A stretch of 63,727 nucleotides of DNA, the filler included, from Hyphochytrium catenoides (lineage: Eukaryota > Protista > Hyphochytriomycota), in assembly GCA_900088475.1 (NCBI GenBank). It is 8 parts of 8 records of this genome, joined end to end, with 100 filler letters (N's around TTAATTAATTAA, not from the genome) between each part and the next. Parts side by side here need not be neighbours in the genome. Positions count along the whole stretch, not along the records: positions 5,929 to 17,486 come from FLMG01003606.1; positions 17,587 to 42,500 come from FLMG01003002.1; 6 more parts are not named here. One strand, 5' to 3'. Shown in pieces: positions 10,500-22,760 of this stretch. The notes under the pieces are model-generated. The model had not been told where the DNA came from, made no database searches, and saw only the letters and a program-made list of their open reading frames with translations. The position numbers were made by a program, and so were the translations under genes. How positions within the stretch are numbered: the stretch's first letter is position 1; every line of letters begins with the position of its first letter.

Positions 10500-11432
10500 A
10501 TGATTTTTTTTCCGAACCAGTTACAAGAAAAGTGGTACTATTGGTACCATACCCTTAAAATTTCATCAACGGTTTTTTTCTTATTTTTATTTCTGGTGAT
10601 CCTTATTTTAAATATCGTAAGTCGTCAAAGCTTTTTTGACAATGCAGAAAATTTCATAGTTTCTTTAAACTCTATTTTATCTGAAGGGTCGTTAATTTTG
10701 GATGAACATGAGAATTCAACTAATTTAACAAATGAGACTAAAGAAAATACTGCAATATCTGACGATATTCAAAAGGAAGAAATTGAAACTCCAGAAGATT
10801 CTATAAAAATGACTTTAGATGACATTTTGGAAAATTTTAAAGATCCAGAATATCGTAAAAAGTTTATTAATCATCCTGCCGTAGAAAAAGCTGTTTTTAA
10901 TTTACAAAAAGCTATTGAAAATACAAAACAAGAGGATATTGATATAAAAGTTTTTCTAGGGATAACCGCTATATGTGTAATTGTTACACTTGCTGGTACA
11001 ATTATAATACACTATTCTTTTAAAAACGAAATCATATCTTTTTTAAATTCTTTAAATTTAAAAAAAGATGATAGTTCGATGTCTAATCTAGAAAAAGCTT
11101 TAAAAGATTTTATACAAAGTTGCTTACAAACTCACTCAGAAATCTTAAAACAAGAAGCTGATCATATTAAAGAAATTTTAAATAATCAAGAGGTAAATAA
11201 GAATTTAACAGATGTTCTAATTAACCGTCTTTATGTTATTAATGATCAAATCAAAAATGTTGTCAGTTCACTAAAGAGGTTGGAAGACTTTGAGAAAAGT
11301 ATCAATAAGCTTTTAAAAGCGCAACAACCAATTTTTATAGATTTAATAGCGAAAAATGACGCTGCTTGTGAAAAAGTGGATGCTGTTCATAATGTACTTT
11401 CTCAATTGCTACAATCGAGACCGAGAAAATAA
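10500..11432 (+). CDS. Unknown mitochondrial membrane protein orf310; paralog of orf348
   Basis: 310-aa frame with the same architecture; shares FKxPEYRxKFxxHP, NLQK and HYSFKNEI(M/I)SFLNSLNL with orf348. Confidence 0.85.
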   Translation: MIFFPNQLQEKWYYWYHTLKISSTVFFLFLFLVILILNIVSRQSFFDNAENFIVSLNSILSEGSLILDEHENSTNLTNETKENTAISDDIQKEEIETPEDSIKMTLDDILENFKDPEYRKKFINHPAVEKAVFNLQKAIENTKQEDIDIKVFLGITAICVIVTLAGTIIIHYSFKNEIISFLNSLNLKKDDSSMSNLEKALKDFIQSCLQTHSEILKQEADHIKEILNNQEVNKNLTDVLINRLYVINDQIKNVVSSLKRLEDFEKSINKLLKAQQPIFIDLIAKNDAACEKVDAVHNVLSQLLQSRPRK

Positions 11433-11526
11433 ATTTTGCACATTACTGTATGTATCGATGATTTAACTTTTAAAAATGTTTAATTAGATTTAAATTATAT
11501 TTTTTTTTATTATAATAAAATAACAT

Positions 11527-11599
11527 CCCGAGTTTTTGTTCCGGTTCAAAATACTTAAACTTCTTTTAGTATCTTTGGGCTCAAATCCCATACTCGTTA
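11527..11599 (+). ncRNA. tRNA-like cloverleaf (degenerate tRNA or t-element)
   Basis: Acceptor CGAGT/ACTCG, D-arm TTG-TTCCGGTT-CAA, stem ATACT/AGTAT, T-arm TGGG-CTCAAAT-CCCA. Anticodon loop is non-canonical (12 nt) and acceptor positions 1-2 mismatch. Confidence 0.4.
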
Positions 11600-11792
11600 A
11601 ATATCTATGTCAAAAAATATTTAAAAAACTTAATATATTGAAACATATTTTTGTTGCAAAACAATCTAAGTCAATGTTTTATTTCGGTGGGGGTAAAACA
11701 TCAACCGACTTCTTCAAAAAAAAATGTCCCGACGGCATTTTGCCTTTTTTTTTTGTTGAAGTACCTGCCTTTTTTTTCAAATTTTAAAAACT

Positions 11793-13280
11793 ATGATGAT
11801 TTTTGAATTTTATTATTTAATTGTTCTTTTGTTCGGATTAATTTATTTTGTTATAATTTCAAATAAAATAGTTAGAAATTATCATCTTGCGTGTTATTTT
11901 GGTATTTTATTACTTTTCAATGGTTTTTTGATTACTTCATATGAATCTGGAACTATTCCTCAAATTTTTTTTGAAGGTTCCTTTATTTTAGATACGTTAG
12001 CAAAATACGGTAAAAATTTAATTTGTTTTATTTCCATTCTATGTTTTTTAATTAATTCCGTTTTTGTAAAAAAAACTGATGGTTCTTTTGAATATATTTT
12101 TATACATCTTTTTGCTATTTATGGTATGTGTTTATTGGTTGGTGCATATGATTTTATTTTAATTTATTTAGCTATTGAATTACAAAGTTTAAATTTATAT
12201 ATTTTAGCTACAAGCCGACCTAAATCTGCATATTCTGTCGAAGCTGGAATTAAATATTTTATTTTAGGTTCATTAGCTTCGGGTATCCTTGTATTTGGTT
12301 TAGCATTGATTTACCTAGCAACAGGTATGCATACTTTAGGTGATTTATCAACGTACATGTCTTCATACGCATCCATTTCTTTAGAAAATGATGATTTACT
12401 ATTATATCCTCCATTATTTGTTTTTGTTGGTATTGGCTTATTTTTATGTGGTTTATTATTTAAACTTGGAGCAGCACCTTTCCATACTTGGGTAGCTGAT
12501 GTTTATGAAGGTGCTCCATTGCATATTACCATGTTTTTTGCTTCTGTTCCTAAAATTGCCATTTTATTTTTTCTAGTACGTTTTTGTGGTATTATTTTAT
12601 CTGATTGTATTTATGTTTGGAGTTCAATTATTGCAATGTCATCATTATTCTCTTTTTTATTTGGGAGTTTAGGTGGTATGTATCAATTTAAATTAAAAAG
12701 ATTATTTGCATTTAGTTCTATCAATCATGTTGGTTATATGCTTATAGGTTTGTTAACATACAGTCAATTGGGATTAAGTGGTTTAATTTTATATTTAGTC
12801 GTTTATGTTTTGGGTGTTTTGGGATTATGGATTTTATTAATGTCTTTTGAACAATCAAATATTTCTAATAAATTTGTTCCGAAATCGATTCAATATATTA
12901 CAGATTTAGTAGGATTAGGAAAAATACATCGTTTTTTTGCAATTCTTTTTGTTATTTTTTTATTTTCAATGGGAGGTATCCCCCCATTTGGCGGTTTTTA
13001 TATTAAAGCTTATTTATTTTTCGGTGCATTAGATTCAAAATTAAATGCTTTGATTTTTTTTGCAATATTATCAAGTATGGTTTCAATTTTTTATTATTTA
13101 CGTCTTGTAAAAATTATTTATTTTAAACCAAAAAATATGAGAGAATCAAAACTTTTATATATGCCTCAAATTAAAAGTGAAATGGCTTGGATTTTATCTT
13201 TTATTTTAGTTTTTTTAGTTTTTTTTCTTTTTGCTTCTGAAACATTACTTTATTTTTGTCAAGATTTAATAGCATTCTAA
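11793..13280 (+). CDS. nad2: NADH dehydrogenase subunit 2
   Basis: YLAIELQSL, EAGIKYFILG, FKLGAAPFHTWVADVYEGAP, KRLFAFSSINH, SMGGIPPFGGF; 495 aa. Confidence 0.97.
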   Translation: MMIFEFYYLIVLLFGLIYFVIISNKIVRNYHLACYFGILLLFNGFLITSYESGTIPQIFFEGSFILDTLAKYGKNLICFISILCFLINSVFVKKTDGSFEYIFIHLFAIYGMCLLVGAYDFILIYLAIELQSLNLYILATSRPKSAYSVEAGIKYFILGSLASGILVFGLALIYLATGMHTLGDLSTYMSSYASISLENDDLLLYPPLFVFVGIGLFLCGLLFKLGAAPFHTWVADVYEGAPLHITMFFASVPKIAILFFLVRFCGIILSDCIYVWSSIIAMSSLFSFLFGSLGGMYQFKLKRLFAFSSINHVGYMLIGLLTYSQLGLSGLILYLVVYVLGVLGLWILLMSFEQSNISNKFVPKSIQYITDLVGLGKIHRFFAILFVIFLFSMGGIPPFGGFYIKAYLFFGALDSKLNALIFFAILSSMVSIFYYLRLVKIIYFKPKNMRESKLLYMPQIKSEMAWILSFILVFLVFFLFASETLLYFCQDLIAF

Positions 13281-13477
13281 GATCTTGTATTTTTAAAACA
13301 AAATTATAATCGTAATTAAACATTCTTATTTTCTTTAATATGATTAACCTTATATATCCGTCATATATATTTTTTCTATGAAAAAAAGAAAATTCATAAA
13401 AATTTTATATTTTGTTTTTTGTTGTTAAGTGTTTTAGAAGGAAATTCACTTTTTTTAATTTCTATATTTTATTTTTT

Positions 13478-14047
13478 ATGAAAAACAAATCGAATCATTT
13501 ACTAAAGCAAGAATTTATTAATTATTTGCAACGTGTGCTACCAATCTATTCTTGGTATATCCAACATAATGAATTGTATCTTTATGTTCCACCATCATTA
13601 ATTCAAAAGATAGTATTTTTCCTTAAATACCATAGTTTAACTCAATATAAAATTTTAGTAGATATCGCTGGTGTAGATTATCCAACAAAAGGGTTCGATC
13701 GTTTTGATGTTGTTTATCATTTTTTAAGTATTCATAGTCATTCACGAATTTCTTTAAAAATTCGTGTAAATGAAGTGGTTCCTATTCCTACACTTATAGA
13801 GGAATTTCCTAATGCAAATTGGTTAGAGCGCGAAGTGTTTGATATGTTTGGTGTAAGATTTGAAGGTCATCCAGATTTACGTCGTATTTTAACAGATTAT
13901 GGTTTTAAAGGACATCCTTTACGTAAAGATTTTCCATTAGTTGGTTTTTATGAATTAAAATATGATAATATTAGTTCACGTATTCTTTATGAATCGATTG
14001 AACTTGACCAAAATCCTAAAATGGAAATACAATATTCGCCTTCTTAG
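13478..14047 (+). CDS. nad9: NADH dehydrogenase subunit 9
   Basis: DIAGVDYP, WLEREVFDMFG, HPDLRRILTDYGFKGHPLRKDFPL. ATG at 13478 gives 189 aa. Confidence 0.97.
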   Translation: MKNKSNHLLKQEFINYLQRVLPIYSWYIQHNELYLYVPPSLIQKIVFFLKYHSLTQYKILVDIAGVDYPTKGFDRFDVVYHFLSIHSHSRISLKIRVNEVVPIPTLIEEFPNANWLEREVFDMFGVRFEGHPDLRRILTDYGFKGHPLRKDFPLVGFYELKYDNISSRILYESIELDQNPKMEIQYSPS

Positions 14048-14157
14048 GATTAAGGTTTTAATTTTTTTTTTTCTGATATATTTATTTTTAAATTCGTTTT
14101 TTTGCGTAAAATTTTACGCAATCTTGAATCTCTTTTTTTTATGAAATAACGTAATCA

Positions 14158-15480
14158 ATGATGTTTTATTTTTTTCCACAACAAGATGCTGCCGTAAGAT
14201 GGCAAATGGGATTTCAAGATCCTGCAACTCCAGTAGCCGAAGGTATTTTCGACTTTCACCATGAATTATTTAATATTATCGTTTTTATTGTTGTTTTTGT
14301 CGGTATATTATTAGCTCGTTGTATTCAATTATTTAATTCTAAACAAAATCCAGTTCCAGCTAAGTTTGTTCATAATACTATGGCAGAAATTATTTGGACA
14401 TTAACACCAGCATATCTTTTATTAGTTATCGCAATACCATCATTTGCTTTATTATATTCTATGGATGAATGTATTGACCCACAAATTACTATAAAAGCAA
14501 TTGGTCATCAATGGTATTGGTCATACGAATATTCTGATTACAATACAAAAGAAAAAGATGATTTCGCTTTTGATAGTTATATGATTAATGATAATGATTT
14601 ACAAAAAGGACAACTTCGTTTATTAGAAGTAGATCGTCGCGTTGTTGTTCCTATAAATACGCATGTTCGTGTCTTGACAACATCTGCAGACGTTATACAT
14701 AGTTGGGCAGTTCCTTCATTAGGTGTAAAAATAGATGCATGCCCTGGTCGTATAAATCAAACCTCTTTTTTTATTAAACGTGGAGGAACTTTTTATGGAC
14801 AATGTAGTGAAATTTGTGGAGTAAATCATGGATTTATGCCAATTGTAATCACCGCTGTCAAATTAAGTGAATATTCAGCTTGGTTATCCAATAAAGGTAA
14901 TGTTATTACAGAAATTCCAAACACAACGAATGTTTCCGAAAGTCTTTCCGAAAGTCTTACAGAAAAGACAAATGACTCACAAAATGTGCAACAAAATTTA
15001 GAAAATCTACCAGCAATTCTTAAACCAAAACAACAAAACCAAAATACATTTGTTGAAAATAAAGCTTTAGCAGAAAACAAATCGACCCAGGCTTCTGAAA
15101 CCACAATTGTTCGAAAAGATCCTCCATCTTTTAATCGAAATCGTTTTTTTTCAAGACCAGAACCAACAAATCCATTTGAGCAGTTTCTTAAAATTAAGCC
15201 ACGTACAGCAGAAGATAAAAAACTTCACGAAACAATGCAAAGACTTTCTGAGGAATTTAAAAAAAATGTGGAAAAAGAAACTTCAAAATTAAGGGCTTCA
15301 AAAACAGAAGCTCCAAAAACAGAAGCTCCAAAAACAGAGGTTAAAAAAGATAAATTAGGAGATCCTATTAAGCCAGTAAGTCAGTGGGAACCAGTTCCAT
15401 TTAATCCAAAATGGAAAGATAAATTGGGAGATCCAGTAGAAAAACCAGAATCACAATCTACAGAAAAAAAAAATGATTAA
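14158..15480 (+). CDS. cox2: Cytochrome c oxidase subunit 2 with long C-terminal extension
   Basis: [31 protein letters not shown], CuA motif [12 protein letters not shown]. Frame continues ~190 codons past the usual end. Confidence 0.96.
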   Translation: MMFYFFPQQDAAVRWQMGFQDPATPVAEGIFDFHHELFNIIVFIVVFVGILLARCIQLFNSKQNPVPAKFVHNTMAEIIWTLTPAYLLLVIAIPSFALLYSMDECIDPQITIKAIGHQWYWSYEYSDYNTKEKDDFAFDSYMINDNDLQKGQLRLLEVDRRVVVPINTHVRVLTTSADVIHSWAVPSLGVKIDACPGRINQTSFFIKRGGTFYGQCSEICGVNHGFMPIVITAVKLSEYSAWLSNKGNVITEIPNTTNVSESLSESLTEKTNDSQNVQQNLENLPAILKPKQQNQNTFVENKALAENKSTQASETTIVRKDPPSFNRNRFFSRPEPTNPFEQFLKIKPRTAEDKKLHETMQRLSEEFKKNVEKETSKLRASKTEAPKTEAPKTEVKKDKLGDPIKPVSQWEPVPFNPKWKDKLGDPVEKPESQSTEKKND

Positions 15481-15588
15481 ATAACAAATATGTTTTAAGG
15501 CTATATATTTTAAAATATCAATTTTGACCATATGCTATTATGCATTCTTTTAGATTTTTTGAAGGAATTTTGGAAAAAAAAAAACTAA

Positions 15589-17178
<1,590 letters not shown>

Positions 17179-17238
17179 TTACATCTCATTATAATTTTTT
17201 TTATGTTAATGTTCAATTTAATTCTGTTTCAGAAATGA

Positions 17239-17278
17239 AAATAAAAATGCAATATATTAATATATTGCATTTTTATTT
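17239..17278. terminator. Perfect 40-bp palindrome downstream of cox1 (candidate 3' processing/termination hairpin)
   Basis: AAATAAAAATGCAATATATT|AATATATTGCATTTTTATTT checked base by base. The function is inference. Confidence 0.5.
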
Positions 17279-17337
17279 AAGTCTTTTTTTATTTCTGTGT
17301 TAACATTTAACATCAAAAACTTTGTTAAAGGTGTAGG

Positions 17338-17486
17338 TTGAATGTGGGACGTTTTGTGGCAAAATCGAAGTCAAAACCTTCTTTAAAAAACAAAAAAAAC
17401 ACTTCTGCGCCAAAAACGAATCCATCTGAAATACAAAAATCTGCAACAAAATCTGCAAGTGCTGCTCCTAGTGAATTATCAAGTTT
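17338..17486 (+). CDS. Truncated mitochondrial ORF, possibly the N-terminus of ATP synthase subunit alpha with an extension
   Basis: Open K/S/A-rich frame ending AAPSELSS at the scaffold edge, resembling the Atp1 N-terminal motif (A.P.E.SS.L). Only a TTG/GTG start is available. Confidence 0.3.
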
Positions 17487-20400
17487 NNNNNNNNNNNNNN
17501 NNNNNNNNNNNNNNNNNNNNNNNNNNNNNNTTAATTAATTAANNNNNNNNNNNNNNNNNNNNNNNNNNNNNNNNNNNNNNNNNNNNACACCTCACGTGAT
17601 TGCGGCGCTGGTGCGGGACTAGCCGGATCCAGAGTGTTTGGTTGCTTAGGTTTAGAAATATTCTCAAGCTTCCCAAGGACTTCATTCACGCAATCTGCCG
17701 CTACGGTGGCAGCTAGTAGCCGGCTTTGTAGTCCTTGGCCCTCTCCCTCTTCTCCAGCTATGAGTATAGTCCTTCTTAGCGCAGTGGCTACCGACATGGC
17801 ATAGTTTTCACAAGTAAAAGTACCTTCATTGGGTATCCTAGTCCCTCTATCTGCCGTCGTGCCTCCATTCTCTCCATCAAGCTTGTTCCTACTCTCTACA
17901 CTTGGCCCTTCGCTCCCCAGAGAGACGTCTTCGACCATCCCAGAAATAGTGTCCTCCTCGTCGGGGGCTCAACCTCAGTAGGCCGCCGCAGCTCCTCGGC
18001 TGATGAGCTGCTGTAATGTCTGGACAGGCGCCAGAACATCGCCGCCTCCCCTGAGACATTAAGAATGATCTAACAGACAAAGAGTACCGAGAGATCTTAT
18101 CGAGTTCGCATCCGTGATCTCCGTCTCCATCTCAGCAGCAGAAAAAGTCTGAAACGTCCTTTGTAAGCTTCTTCGCTTCTGCTTTTGTCTGGAGTCTGGA
18201 CATTGCGGGCGTTACTCTGATTTATTTCTGATCCATAACCAGTTACCGCTTTGAGATCATTGATGATGATTACTGGTGGACAAGGCGAGAAAGCCAGAAG
18301 CCAGGCCAAGCTGGCTTCCAACAATTAGCAGAGATTACTAGGTGATGTTGTTGACTTACAATAATAGTTCTAGAGTGACTGATTTATTGCTGGAATAGAA
18401 GGAAAATGCGCTTTTTGGAAAAAAAATAGGGATAATAGAATAGCTACTACTATAACGAACTAAGAAGAAGTGGAAGAAGAAGAAGAAGGATGAAGAGGAG
18501 AAGAAGACGAAAGTAGAGAGAAGAAGAAGATGAAGAGCAAGAAGAGACAAGAAAAGCTATTTATTATAAAGCCTTCGTCTCGTCATCAGCTCGATCTGCC
18601 CCACGCTCATCATTAGTAAAGAAACAATCACGGTTGTTTTCCTCAGTGATAATGATAGAATATAATGATGGTGAGATCGACAATAAAGAAGTCTCGCTAC
18701 ACTGGAATCCTAGCAGAAGATTGCATAGTTGCATCACTACTACTGCTCCCTATAGAACTACGAAATGATGGGCACTGTGCATACGCGGGTCAGGACCAAA
18801 ATAAGTTACTGCTGCACGACGCTGGCAACATTGACGAATAAGGCAGAGCATCTCTAACTCTATGGAAAAGAGAGAGAGATCTACTAGAGTAAATAAATGA
18901 GCAGCTGGACCGTTCTCTTGTTTGCCTTGCGGAGGTCGAGCTTGATGGTGATGACATTGTGGTTGGTGGTTCACCTCCTCCTCCTTCTCCTCCCCTTATT
19001 ATTACTAAGGGATCGAGACGACTTCGCTGTATCAAAAAAAAAGCTGGGTCCTCTCTCTTTCATTTAGACATTATTATTGCCCTGGCCTTCTTTCATAATC
19101 AGAGCAGATCATCATAGGAAGAAAGCATATCTTGTATTGACAAGACAGTGTAGGATACGCGATAGTAGCCGCGGACCGCGGCATCATGCGATCTACAAGC
19201 ATCAACTCTATGGGCCTTTTTCTCTCGTATTTACAGCCGAGGTCAGAATCTTGGCCTCTCACTCGACTCCTCGCATGTAAGGGGAAATAGTAACCGTCAT
19301 TGACAAAGGAGCAGATGAAGACAAAGGACTCACCAATAGATAACTGGAAGGCAACAATAACGCAACCACCAACTGTCAGGTGCTATTTTAGTTGTTGCTC
19401 GGTCCTACACTTCCATTGGCCGTCGTAACTAGGCTTAGTCCGTGAGCTTCATCCCTTTGATAGATTCATCTATTTACTGTTCAAAATCTGACATAACGAA
19501 AGCCCCAGAATCCGTGGTGGATGACGACAAGAGATTAAGAGAAAAGGTCTGTGGTCCGCTGGATTTCTTGCCATCCGTTGGGGCTATGCCCTTCAAGCCT
19601 TTACATGACAGAAGAAGACGAGGCACCGCGGCGGCCATAACCATGTAAATACTACCTTAGGTCTCGCCTATTAAGGAGATAACTAAGGCTTCCTGGTACT
19701 CCGTAGATAATATCACAAATGGGATCGCAAAGAAAGATTCTTAGGGGAGATTGGAAAATGGTTGGAATCTCAGAGGCTAGTGTAGAGCTTGTTGTAGCTC
19801 TTGATGGGGGCAGAAAGGTAGCTCATCAAGGACGTATCTACCACTCATCAGAAGGCCTCTTTGATTATGTTGTCAAAGACAGAGTGATGCTCCTGGGCTC
19901 TGTTATTATGCACGATGACAAAAATATCCCGAAAGGAGCACTTCAAGTTCTATTAGAATTCTTTCCCTGGATTGCCTAGTGGATCCGCAATCGAGTCACC
20001 CTGGCTGTTTGCTGCACTTGTACCGCAGTGAAAGCTATCATCAAGCACTACTTGCTACTACGCACGCCCCAGGGACACAGAAAGAGTTATGGCGAGATCG
20101 CTCTTTATCGCAGCTGCATGCCCTCTCACCATCCGCTACTAGTTCTACAGCACTACAGACCTTTACTGACAACCAAGGCAGGAAAGGCGGAGACAATAAG
20201 AACTCAACCATAAGATGCGATGGAGCAGAATCTCAGTAGTAAGGCTTCTCTTTTAGACTGAGAGATCCCAAAATATCAAGAGACATGGCAGATACTTCCT
20301 CTGGATTTGAGTGCTTCTTGCCTTCGTTGGGCGGAGAGGGGAGAGGTTTGAATGAGCTAAAGGATTACTGTTGAGAAAACAGGACAGGCTTCCCTCCAAC

Positions 20401-21530
20401 GAAGTACAAGACCCTGAATGATAGACCAGAGAGACTGCTTTATCAACTCCAAATCAGGCATATTACCGAAATCACATTCCGAAGCTAACTACCCGAGATT
20501 AAGAGCTGAGTTATAAACCACATCACGCTTAGGAGAATAAGCGTTTATGGTTCAGGCGTAGGTAAATTCGTGAAGCCTGCGTGTTGCTAGAAAGGTAGGT
20601 ACAAGTAGTGCTTTGTGTTTGTGTTTGTGAAGAACAGCTGGGTCGTACAAGGGACAAGAGGGGCGGAAAGGGAGAGGACTTGGACCTTGAGGTGCTGGTT
20701 TTACGAGGAGGCATCATCGAGGGTATCACTGTCCCTTCGCTCAGCTTCGATATCCGCAGTCAGTCCGACCCTGTATCTGTCTATCTTCCGCATCTCAAGA
20801 AACCCATGAAGTAGAAGTGGAACTAGTAGTTTATAAGTCACAGCCTTTGGTCGTTTTGTTTGTTGCTTGGCGGTTTGCTCTATCTCTTTGTCCCTCTGTG
20901 TGTCACCACGTCAGCTCATCCCACCTGATAAAATCGCCTCTAGTGCAATTCTGGCTCGCGGCTCCGTGCAGCCTACCTCAACCTGAAAGCTACTTAGTAA
21001 GAGAAATCCAGCTTCCAGTGGAAACTGCCCGCACTCATGGCGCTTTGCTGCAGTTGAGGGCGCTCTGACCCTACGAGGCCATAAGAGACAGAATGAGAGT
21101 CAAGAGGAGGAGAGAGATATCGCCATCAGGACTGGTGAAAAACTGCAGCCACACGTACATCACAACTGCTGCCTGCTCCCACCCACTGCCGTCACCGCAA
21201 AAATCAAACCAACACCCTAGCTAGGATGGGTGGGCTTCGAGAAAAATACAGTAAAGTACTGGAGTACAGTACTTTTGGTTTTTATGCACCACTCACAGCT
21301 CCTCTAAGGCGCCGTGCTATGGGGAAGAAAGGGAGGGAGGGGCTTTGAAAAGAAGTATGACGAAATGAATACTTTAGAGGGTGGTTTTGGTCGCCACCGC
21401 CATAGAAATCAATAAAGAAATTCACCCTTGATGTCAGCCTTTTGGTCCCTGATCTCGACTAAGATGAAGAACGACCAGAACAGCCGAGAGAGGCAAGAAG
21501 AGACAGCAGTGTCGTTTAGAGAAAGAGAGA

Positions 21531-21576
<46 letters not shown>

Positions 21577-22760
21577 GAGAGAAAGGAGAGAAGGGCCCAA
21601 CTTTTACATGCTCTTTTACTGAATTTCTCCTTCCTCCTTTTCTGTATTCTGCAGAAACGGAGGCTCTGTTCTTAGGAAGATGGTTCTTGACTTGCCTTCT
21701 CCCCCATCGCTCTGTCTCGCAGCCCCTCCATCTCTGCTTGGCTGTTTAGAGTTGCCTTTCCATGTCTCCTTGGAGCTCTGTCTTCCTCCTTGTCCCTCTC
21801 TCTCTCCCGGCCTCCCTTTCCCCCTCCCCCCCAATGGCTGCACTGTCCTTAGTCTCGTCTCCTGTTTATGCAGGACATCTGACAACCATGGGGGTTACTC
21901 ACCCATGATCCGACGATTCCCCCCAACGATAGGACTTCTGGTGGGGATAAACTCTTACCATAGGTAAGAGGTAGGGGGTAACCCCCGCTATCGGATTCTT
22001 TTGCGGTGTGGCCCTTAATAAAAAGACAGGCATGAAGGATGGCCACTGGCCCTAAATAAATGTAGGGACAAGCGAAGAAATCAAGCAAATGCAGAATGGC
22101 CGGCAGTACGCGCACACTGAGAAACGCGAGACAGAGCGCGAGACAGAGAGAGAGGCGGTAGGAGGAGACGAGACAAGGCGGAAGAGATATCACAAAAGTG
22201 CCGCAAACATCAGCGCGAGGCGGAAAGGAGGTGGAGATTTTGCGGGCAAGCGCAAAAGGCAAAAGGGCGAACTCCTTGGAGCTCCATAAAAGTTCCGCAT
22301 CAGGCTTCATTAAGGCGACGCCGGCTCGGTTCATTATCAGTCAATTGATCTGTAACGCAACTCGCTTGGCAATAGCATTATCGTGTTGAGGCGGCTTAGT
22401 GGGGCTTTGCTTTCTCCAATTTGTATGTGCTCGCTCCCGAGGGGGACACGCCTTATTTTTCGCCATAGTTTGGGCTCTTGTCTCTAAGGACTTTCTGCTT
22501 GAAAGGAAACTTGCCAGGACTGTCGAGAATGGCATCTTGTCCCTAAGCGCTCTGGAAGCAAAGTTTACTCCTTCGGTGCTATCTCCTCCTCTCTTCTAAC
22601 GTTTTTTTGCCGCTCCAACCGTTGAAAGGTTGCTGAGCTGCGCATCTTTTGTGAGCAATGAGGAAGCGTCATTGTAGGCCCTAGCTTTTCTTTCTTTAAG
22701 CTTGTTCACAACCTACTGGCTGTTTAAAGGTGCAAGAAGGAGAGGACACACCTCTTCCAG

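Noticed and set aside
11536-11787. 83-aa ORF before nad2
   Set aside because: TTG start, F/K-rich homopolymer-derived sequence, no motif; overlaps the tRNA-like structure.
17587-21300. Protein-coding genes in the first 3.7 kb of scaffold 3
   Set aside because: Only short broken ORFs without recognisable motifs or a consistent exon chain; probably decayed sequence.
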